From the NCBI GenBank assembly GCA_000004985.1, contig GG738885.1: a stretch of DNA of 64,000 nucleotides; one strand, given 5' to 3'. This document shows, piece after piece, positions 47,196 through 56,275 of the stretch (position 1 is its first letter; every line of letters begins with the position of its first letter). The notes beneath the pieces are model-generated. The model made no database searches and had not been told where the DNA came from. It saw only the letters and a list, made by a program, of their open reading frames with translations. The translations under genes were made by a program, and so were the position numbers. Source of the DNA: Naegleria gruberi (Eukaryota).

Positions 47196-47313
47196 GACTA
47201 CGGTCATATCACGATTCATGCACCTCATCCCGTCCGATTTGAGAAGTTAAGCATCGTAGAGCCACATCAGTACTGAGGTTGGAGACAACTTGGGACCCTG
47301 TGGTGCTGTAGTC
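47196..47313 (+). rRNA. 5S: 5S ribosomal RNA gene, copy 3 (sequence variant).
   Basis: GACTACGGTCATATCACGATTCATGCACC...GTAGAGCC...GGGACCCTG... carries 5 substitutions relative to copy 2 (C9T, GA21-22TC, C63A, A101C). Same upstream box AATTAAGGAGATAAAT. TTTTT terminator. Confidence 0.85.
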
Positions 47314-48097
47314 TTTTTATTTTCAACCTTTTATCATGAGAGGAAATGATTGTTGGTTCGAATCAAGTGTTCCTTTATAGAAGTCCTTTCAAAATGAAAT
47401 ATTCTTTTGCAAACCATGTTAAGAGTTTTACAACTTTTTCAAAATTCCAAAATGTTTCTATTATTTAACAGAGCGAGAAATCATACCAGATGAATACTCA
47501 CAGGACAAAATTGAGAAGGAACAACCACTTTGATTATTGACCAAATTCTAGCTACTCATCCTCTGAGTGAAAGGAGGAGAGTTTCCAGATTCACATTTCA
47601 GTCTTCATGATCTCTGAAATGTCCTTCTAGGTAAGTATGAAGAAAGCAAAGAGTGCAAATTCAAACAAATCTTAAAAACCTTTCCAGATGTATTTATTTT
47701 TGAAAATTGAATTATTGTCATTGTTTGTTTTTTTATGATTTGAATTCTTTGAAATTGTTGAACATGAAGTAAACACCGAGTTGACATAATTATATTGAAA
47801 TTTATGTAGGATGTGAATTGAATCAGAAATTCAGACAGTTCAGAAGAGAATAACGAAAATTCAACTGTGCATAATTGAATATTTTGGTTTTATTTACAAT
47901 GGTTGCCTAGGCTTACAAAATTTTATGGAGTTCACCACATTTTGAATTGTTTGTTTCTCATTTCAACAGTATTCTGTGATTGAGATTTGGAAGTTTTACT
48001 TGTTTCACTTCCAATAGAAGTAATGTTTGAAATAGATGAAGTTTCAATTTCGATTTGATTAAGAAAATATCAAACCAAAATTTGGATCAAGCAACTC

Positions 48098-48190
48098 AAC
48101 ATGGCAAATGTTCAATAAATACGAGGGTGATCAACCTTTTCAAATTCTTCAAACAAAACCTGAACCAACAAGATTCTGTCTTCGTTGCCT
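48098..48190 (+). repeat. Partner copy B of the dispersed repeat. On the minus strand it coincides with a candidate terminal exon (...RILLVQVLFEEFEKVDHPRIY*).
   Basis: See copy A. Minus-strand translation of copy B gives an open frame ending in TGA, preceded by an acceptor (aattttcag at 48296..48288). Copy A translates to the related RFLVQQGLVEEFETVDQSSIYWTHFAFTNL*. Confidence 0.6.
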
Positions 48191-48953
48191 TCACTGTTCA
48201 TACAGTCAAAGACTGTAGCGGGATAGTCGCCATATTCCTGGCAGGCTTCCCGTCCAAAATTACAAATGATAAACAAACAATAATTCTGAAAATTGCATCA
48301 GAACAACAGTGTGATATCATCACAGGAGGTGTACACCATGTACTACTTCATCTGGGAGTTGAGTATAACCACATCTGCTCTCGTAAAATGTTATTCCTTT
48401 GAGAACAGGAGTCAAGGCTTCCTTATTATCACCTCTCTTCAAGATGACCATATTCAATGGTCCCCCTCATGGCCGAATCATAAGCTAGGATATCTATATC
48501 TTCTTCAGTCATTTTTTTGGTTTCTTATTATTACCTGATTTCTGCATCTTGTGTTCTTGAAGTTTCTTCACTTCTGAGGTTTAAAAGCCCAATAAATATG
48601 ATATTTAATATAATAATTAAATAAATAAGAAAATAATTTTTATTATTCAATTCATTAAGGCAATAACTGGCATATCTTTTCAGAATAGTCCTAAACATTG
48701 ACTTTTCATCATTTTCACTCGTCGTTGAGAAATGAATCAGCTGTACTCGCAACAGTTTACTCAAGATTCAAATTGAATTAAACATGAACCGAGTTTGTGT
48801 CCAGAAACAAAAATCGGTTCATTGACAGAATTTCTTTGCATAAGAACTACTTTCTAAAAATATACATCTCAAACAAGTATAAAAAACAAGGAAGTGCATG
48901 GTGTTTTGAATTCAAAAAAACAACAAAACAAGAAAAACATAACAACAAACATA

Positions 48954-49412
48954 ATGCAATTATTTGTCAAGACACTCACTGGAAGAACCATCACTTTGGA
49001 GGTTGAATCTAATGATTCGATTGAAAATGTGAAAAGAAAAGTGCAAGATAAGGAAGGAATTTCACCAGATCAACAAAGACTCATCTTTGCAGGAAAACAA
49101 TTGGAAGATGGCAGAACTATTAATGATTACAACATTCAAAAAGATTCAACTCTTCATTTGGTGTTGAGATTAAGAGGAGGAATGCAACTTTTTGTAAAAA
49201 CCTTAACTGGAAAGACAATTACAATTGAAATGGAATCGATTGATACTGTTGAGAATATGAAACAAAAGATATTTGATAAGGAAGGTATTCCATCAGATCA
49301 ACAACGATTGATTTATGCCGGTAAGCAATTGGAAGATGGAAGAACTATAAGTGATTACAATCTTCAAAAGGATTCAACTGTGCATTTAGTATTGAGATTG
49401 AGAGGAGGTTAA
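48954..49412 (+). CDS. Di-ubiquitin (two head-to-tail 76-aa ubiquitin units, each ending RGG). Unusually divergent from canonical ubiquitin.
   Basis: [76 protein letters not shown] plus [76 protein letters not shown]. Exactly 152 codons then TAA. The ORF-track start at 48894 is GTG; ATG at 48954. Confidence 0.85.
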   Translation: MQLFVKTLTGRTITLEVESNDSIENVKRKVQDKEGISPDQQRLIFAGKQLEDGRTINDYNIQKDSTLHLVLRLRGGMQLFVKTLTGKTITIEMESIDTVENMKQKIFDKEGIPSDQQRLIYAGKQLEDGRTISDYNLQKDSTVHLVLRLRGG

Positions 49413-49594
49413 GTTAGCAAAATATCATAGATTCTCTCAATTATTGCCAATAAATTACACTGTAACTTTTTTTGGCTGTGTGTTCGATTCCATTCAACCT
49501 TTTAGCTTTAGAATAAGTAGATTTGCTAGTCTTCATTTTCAGGTGGAACCAATTGAAAGTTCAAACTGTTAACTGGAAGAAACAATTTTACAAA

Positions 49595-50992
49595 AAAATG
49601 CCTCTAACAGATTTAAACTTTTTTAAACGCAGAAAGATGAATGCTAGTAAAGAAACTAGTAGCATTCAACTCTCCGAAGGCTTTAAACAATTATTTTCTA
49701 TTAAAGATATATTTCAATCAATTGTAATGGGAGGATTTATTTCTCTCCCTGATGCTATTCGAATGTCGCTAGTTTGTAAAGATTGGTTTCAAATGATCGA
49801 AAGTACGGAATCGTATAACATGTTTTTGAAATGTTTTATTCAATCATCCACTAAACATCTCTCCAAATTGACTATCCAAAATTCTACCAATGGTACTGAC
49901 ATTAGTTTAACAAAAGATCATGCCAAAATAATATATGAAATGATCAGAGGATGGAGTTGTGTTAGATCATGCCAAAGTAATCGATCATTCTATTTCACAG
50001 AGAATAATAATTATCCCTATATTGGTGATCAACATGTGGTGTCAGCTCAGCAATTTTTCACTCCTCATCTAATTAACACTAATTTAACAATTGTACCAGA
50101 TAACATCCCATCCAGAAAAAAAGAAATCTTTGGATTATTTTACAATATCGGAAATGAGAACGAGGAGTTTAATTTTGAGAAAATCTATTGGGCACAGAAA
50201 GAGATAGTGTATAATTATGAAGAGTATTTTTTCCTACCCATGATTAAATTAACTAGAAAGAAAGGAAGCAATATTAATTGGAAAGATATTTATTTTGGCT
50301 CCTGTGCTGAATGGAGGGATGAGCATAAAGAGCTCATCAGAAATATAACCAAGGATGGCAAAACATTTGTTGTGGATTCGAATTTGTCGTATGTTTTTGG
50401 ATCATGTTTCGATGGTGAGGTGGAGCATAAAATTCTGAAAAACATTAGAAAGTGCTCAAGATTTACTCTTCGTCACCTACCATACGAATTTTTGCATGGA
50501 AATTTCAACGATGACGATGATGATACCAAGCCAAATAGTCATAAAGGAGGATTGAATGACTTCTTCAATCTTACTTTGAAGAAGATGCTCTACCGATACT
50601 TGAAAATGAATTTGCTAAATATTCCAATATGTAGAGAGTATATTTTTACCTTTTTGATTTATCTTTCTAAGAAACTTCACTATGCTCACAGATTTTCGTT
50701 TTATCACGATTCTCAATTGGAGGGAAGTTCACTTATTCAATTAGGTGCAGATGAACAGGTAATGGATTGGCTGAATGAATATAAGAAATGTGAATGTAAA
50801 AACTATGATGAGATCTTTCACACCATTGTGAGAGTTGAGTTGGATTATTATGGATCTATTCAGGGAGAGGAGGTAAAATCTCATTTATATGTTCTCTCCT
50901 TAAAGAAAGATGATGAAAATGAAATATGCAATTTTGAGTTTGTGGACTATCATTATTATAATTACAAAATTGTTGGAGAAATTCTGAGTTAA
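49595..50992 (+). CDS. Hypothetical protein with an N-terminal F-box-like motif (466 aa).
   Basis: ISLPDAIRMSLVCKDWFQMIE resembles an F-box. Long ORF. An acceptor (ttcattttcag at 49541) upstream suggests a possible 5' exon or UTR intron. Confidence 0.55.
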   Translation, partial: KMPLTDLNFFKRRKMNASKETSSIQLSEGFKQLFSIKDIFQSIVMGGFISLPDAIRMSLVCKDWFQMIESTESYNMFLKCFIQSSTKHLSKLTIQNSTNGTDISLTKDHAKIIYEMIRGWSCVRSCQSNRSFYFTENNNYPYIGDQHVVSAQQFFTPHLINTNLTIVPDNIPSRKKEIFGLFYNIGNENEEFNFEKIYWAQKEIVYNYEEYFFLPMIKLTRKKGSNINWKDIYFGSCAEWRDEHKELIRNITKDGKTFVVDSNLSYVFGSCFDGEVEHKILKNIRKCSRFTLRHLPYEFLHGNFNDDDDDTKPNSHKGGLNDFFNLTLKKMLYRYLKMNLLNIPICREYIFTFLIYLSKKLHYAHRFSFYHDSQLEGSSLIQLGADEQVMDWLNEYKKCECKNYDEIFHTIVRVELDYYGSIQGEEVKSHLYVLSLKKDDENEICNFEFVDYHYYNYKIVGEILS

Positions 50993-51212
50993 TAAACCTT
51001 TCAATTATTATTTGGAAGATGTGACAATAAAGAATTATTTAATGTTTGGTTATATATCTATTGTTTTATCTCCTTAATGAAATTAATTGTTAATTACAAA
51101 TAATTATTGGTTAGTATTTTTCACATTTCTCCACAATCACCAAATAGTAAAAAATCATCACTATTGAATCGTCCTCCGAATTTAAAACCACACAGACAGA
51201 CAACAGAAAAAA

Positions 51213-53028
51213 ATGGAAGAAGCAACATCATCACCAATGGTAGATTTATTCTCCTCTCAAAATTATTTCACTGTCGGATTGAGTGTGATCATTGTTTTGA
51301 TTACTATTCTCTATATTAAATTAATACCAAAGAAACCAGCAAAATCTCCGCCAATGGAAGGTAGATTTTTGTGGCCATTCATGGGAGTAGGAAAGAGATT
51401 CGGAACAGAGCCAGTTAAATTATTGAATGAATGCAAGAAAAAGTATGGTGATGTATTTACTCTTCATGTTGCTGGTAAATGTTTCACATTCTTGACAGAT
51501 GCTGAATTGTTTCAATATTTTTTTAATCCTGCAAAGGGTAATTCGATTCGTGTTAAAAATAAGAAACCAAGTGGTGAAGAACATAAATTGGCTATTAGTT
51601 TCGATCATGCTGTATTGGAATTTATTAGTAGAGTATTTGGAATTCCAGTTAATGATTTCATGTCTCAACACATTACCATGGTTAATACTATGAGAGCTAA
51701 ATTGAGTCCAAGCACAACTCTTCCATTCTATACCAAAGAAATTGCATCAAATTTAATGGATGTTTTTGAAAAGACAACTGAAAATAATACAAATGTCATG
51801 GGTTATGTTTGGGATCCAAAGGGAACTGATGATCTTTTCAAAGCCATTACTGAAACACTTTTTTGGAGTACTGTTAAGTCATTGTATGATAAGAAGGCAT
51901 TCATTTCAAATGAACAAGATGCTTGTAAATCATTTCAAACCATTGATTCACAATTTGAAATTAGAGCCAGTGGTTATGTTCCAGAATCATGGATGAAGAC
52001 ATTCAAGGGATCTAAGGACTTTTTATTGAAGATGATTTCATCACTATCAACCAATATGGATGATACCACTCCTGATAATGAAAAGAGAATGTTCCAATTG
52101 CTTAGGGAAGCTCTCAAGGATGTTGTTGAGGATCAATCAACCATTGACCACTTTGGTTTGGCTATGCTTTGGGCCTCCCAAGCCAATTCTCTTCCATCAT
52201 CTTTGTGGACTATTTGTTACGTTTGTAAGGAACCTGCAATTTATGAAAACCTTCAAAAGGAAGTTGATGAAGTTTTTGCCAATCATTTGGAAAATCCACG
52301 TGATTTAACATTTGAAAAGTTGAATTTATTCCCATATGTTAAAGCTTGTATTTATGAAGGTAAGAATATGATTGAATATTTCCATTCTAATATTTAAACA
52401 ATTATTATGATAATTATAATAATTACTATTCAATTAATTATTTAAATGAAACTTCAAATAGCTATTAGAATTATTCCACCAGGAATGTTAATTAGAAAGG
52501 TCATGCATCCAATTAAACTTCCAGATAGAGACATTATCATTCCAGAAGGACACAATCTCTGTATTTCTCCATTCATTACTCATTTGGATGATTGTTATTA
52601 TGATGAACCTCTCAAATATAGACCTGAAAGATGGTTAGAAAGTGGTGAAAATAGTTTGAGTGATAGAAGTAAGCAATTTATTGCTTGGGGAAGAGGTCCA
52701 CATGGTAAGTACCTTCTTTACAATTTACCAATATTTTCACACATTACAAAAAAAAATACCTCAAACCGTTTTAAATACTGAATCCTCCTAATAATTATAA
52801 ATTATTTATCAACCCAATCAAATATCATGATAATTCCTCAACTTTATAATAGAATGCCCAGGTAAAGCCTTCAGTATTGTAGAAATGGTTACATTCATTG
52901 CTCTATTCTTCTACAAATTTAGAAATGTAAAAATCAATGGTGAAATTCCATCTCCTGCTCTTCACCGTTTAATTGGTGTTCCTCATCCAAGTCAACCAAT
53001 TTCAATTTCATTTGAGAAGAGAAATTAA
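51213..53028 (+). CDS. Cytochrome P450, clan 7 (CYP7/CYP8/CYP39-like). Exons 51213..52359, 52462..52704, 52853..53028.
   Basis: N-terminal TM plus PPMEGRFLWPFMG. Collinear with CYP7A1 (GDVFTLHVAGKCFTFLTD; LAMLWASQANSLPSSLWTICYV). ExxR (EAIR) and PERW. Heme loop reconstituted across the last intron: FIAWGRGPH|ECPGKAF. Confidence 0.85.
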
Positions 53029-53600
53029 ATTATGTAATACTAAATAATTCGAATATAATTTTGATTGTTTTTTGTAATGAAGAAATGTTAATCAATTTTA
53101 ATATTAGAAATGTTCATTGGTGTGTACATTGGTATTGTTGACTTTCGTTTACTTTAGTTTAATTGATTGAATGACAAGAGTGGATCTTCATCAGCACTTT
53201 TTTATCTCAACTATTGAACAGTTTTCTCTCGCGCTAATTTTAACGTTGAAAGTGTTGAACTTTTTGTAAACGCCCCACGTTTTTGTTTCGTCCAACTTCC
53301 CTTCAACTTCGATATTCAACCTGAAAATGCATGTATCATTCAATATTATTATCCAATTTTTCATCGCACCAAACAATTTACTTTCAATCTTCCATGTAAC
53401 CAGCCAGGTTCAACATTATCAAGAAGGATTCAAAAAATTCTCTTTACAACTTTCTCTTTCGTCGACTTTCGACCAGTTATTTCTGGAAAGGCAAACAAGT
53501 TCCTGCATATTCGTTCTAAAAAGCCAAGCAACCTAACCACCAATACGTGATTGTGGCATACTCTTTCCTGACAGTTGTCATTAAAAAAAAATCCCTAAAT

Positions 53601-55781
53601 ATGGAGCGTTTAAAATCCCTCTTTAAAAGCACACGAGAAGTAACTGATCTTCAATCAAAACCAATAGAAGAATGGAGTGTAAAAGACTTTCAAGAATGGT
53701 TGAGAGAACATCAATATCAAAAGAAGGTTACACAGAGTAAGTGATTTTTAAAGTTTAATTATTCGAATATATAATGTTGTATGAAAGTTTTAAAAAAGGA
53801 AGAATGGAACGGAAAGTGTTTAATCGATTTTACAGAAGAAGATTTAAAAAAGCTAGGAATTCCAAGGTTTGTAATTTTATATAGCCTCCTTTCGAATAAT
53901 TTTAATTTTTACTTTCTAATAACAATTTATTGATGTAATTTCTATTATTATCAAAATTCGAATTGTACAATTATTATTATTATTAATATTATTTGGTGAT
54001 GATGATTTTAATTTTGATGATTCTTTATTTCACATGTCAAAATTTCTTTTTAACACTAAACACTTTTTACCAATTAATTGACAACATATATTAACACTTT
54101 TAATTGGTCTTTAAAACAGTGGTTCAGCTAAAGGTATAACCAATTCCATCAATCAACTCAAACAAGAACAAATCAAAGCAGGACTTTTCCAACCATCAAG
54201 AGCATCCAATGCTTCACAACGTTTAGATAATAATTCCACATCAACTACAACCTCAACAACAACAAACAATACTGATGATCCAAATAGTGCTGTTTCGAAT
54301 AATCGTCAATCATCAGAATCGAATACTAGTACTGGTACAGCAACAACAGATTCAACACAAAATGGTCATCAAGTGGTTCAATTGTTGGACAAATCAGAGG
54401 AGGAAGACAATTGTGAATCATCATCGGCAACAACAACTCAACAACGATCAAAGGGAGGTACTCTTTTTAATACATCATCTGGATCTGAAATGAATAGTAC
54501 TTCTGGAGGATTAGCTAACGGAAGTGAAAGATATGTTGCTGCACCTCCATTTCTTGTTTCCTCTCTGACAGGTGAAGAAAAGAAGGATTATGACAAGTGT
54601 TTAAAGAAGGTTGAATTGGCTTGTCAAGATTATCCACCTTCTGTTCAAGCTACTATTTGTCAAGATTGTATTTTCCCAGATAGATTTCAATATAGATATT
54701 TTAATCCACTGAGATTGTCAGATAAAGATAGACAAGTTAACAAAATGATGGAACCTTTCATTAAAGTTAAATTGGTCATTACTGAAATGGATACTGGTAT
54801 GGCTCATAGATTATTGAGATTAATTGGTACAAGAATTCACAAAACTATCAAATCTATGGATTACGGAATGTTTCACACTGCTCTCATTGTCGGTGTGTAT
54901 TATGTTGAGGTATGTTGTTATTGTTTTTATTTTTATGGAACGTATTTGAATTTACTTTCTAATTGAATGATAATATTATAATATCATCGTTACATAATAT
55001 TTAATAATAATAATAATTATCTATCATCAATATGTTTGTGATGTGAATTCACATTTTGAAAAAGTGGGTCGATTCTTCACTGGTGACAGTTAGAAAGAAG
55101 AGTAGTAGCAAGGCAGTTTTTGCAACAGACATTGCAACAATTTCAGGACAAGAAAATGTCGATAATGCTTTTAAAAATTTATCGGAATTGATTTGTACAT
55201 GGAACAGAACACGTGACTATGATAACAAGTCATCAAATTGTCAACATTTTTGTACTGAGGCAATTGAAAAACTTGGTTTAGCGTCAGCTTTTGATAAAAT
55301 TGCAAATCAAGGACCACTGAAGGAATATCTCACAAGACTCAAAACCACAGGAGCATGTGACATGTCATACAGAGTTAACGATGATGTTAAAGAAACATTA
55401 TTGAATTCTGATAGTATAACTCCTGAATTGACTGAATTCTTGAAATCTTCTGGAAATGCATTAACATTCCCTTCACACAAAATTCTCGATCAGTTCGTTC
55501 ACATTTTACAAGAAGAAGATCCACTCTATTTTGAGAATGAACCATTCGATTATGTTTTACTGAAAGCTTACGACAGAGCTTTCTGGTTAAGAAGTCAATC
55601 AAAGGGAACCGGTGGCGTTGATACTTCACATTATTGGACAAATCCAAACACTGGTGCTTGCATGTGTCCATTCAACAAGAATGCAACCAATGTTGAAAAT
55701 GAGGAAATTGTCAATTCAATCATTGGCAAAGATTTTGAACTTGGTTCTTATAGACCTACTTATCCTGTGAGATTGGATTAA
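53601..55781 (+). CDS. SAM-domain plus LRAT/H-rev107 (NlpC/P60 papain-like) domain protein. Exons 53601..53736, 53788..53866, 54120..54909, 55065..55781.
   Basis: SAM: WSVKDFQEWLREHQYQKKVTQ|ILKKEEWNGKCLIDFTEEDLKKLGIPR|SGSAKGI. Long N/S/T-rich linker. LRAT-like core FHTALIVGVYYVE|WVDSSLVTV...NKSSNCQHFCTEAIEKLGL carries the His ... Cys (NCxHF) catalytic signature. The 253-nt, very AT-rich third intron is the longest in the window. Confidence 0.7.
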
Positions 55782-56275
55782 TATTTTGTTTCTTTCTAAC
55801 TCTCTACATGTACAAAATAAATTTAAAAGCATTGTGTTCATAAATTTATTTATTTCTCTTCAATATTGACCAATACACATTCCAATACTTAATGTTCATA
55901 GTTCTTAAAGTTCTTAATATATTCCAGGAATATTGATTGTTAGATTGAAAAAAATGTCCAACACTGATGATACTGATCATCATTACAAGCTTTTGATTGA
56001 TAATATTCTTCATGATCGGAAGAAGTATCCATTCCTTGGTCATAATTTTGTTCGATCTGCTCCGATTACAGAAGATGGAAGTGCCACTCATCATGATGAT
56101 AAAAAGGATTTATCAATTCCTATTGGAGCATATGCTTTTCTATTGGATGAATTGGGTTCTTGGGAAGCAATTTATAAGAAATTGTAAATATTTTAATATT
56201 TATTTAAATATTTATTTAATTAATCTTTAATTTAATTGATCAAGATTTTCAAATATATTTGAAGATGTTTCAAAT

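Noticed and set aside
48055-48538. Plus-strand ORFs 48055..48402 and 48293..48538 from the ORF track.
   Set aside because: They overlap a better-supported minus-strand terminal exon (splice acceptor plus conserved paralogous peptide) and show no motifs; likely antisense artefacts.
55933-56187. 84-codon ORF (true Met at 55956: MSNTDDTDHHYKLLIDNILHDRKKYPFLGHNFVRSAPITEDG...) just upstream of the DUF1963-P4H ORF.
   Set aside because: It could be a small independent gene or a 5' exon of the downstream gene. No motif recognised and no in-frame splice to 56276 found, so it was not called.
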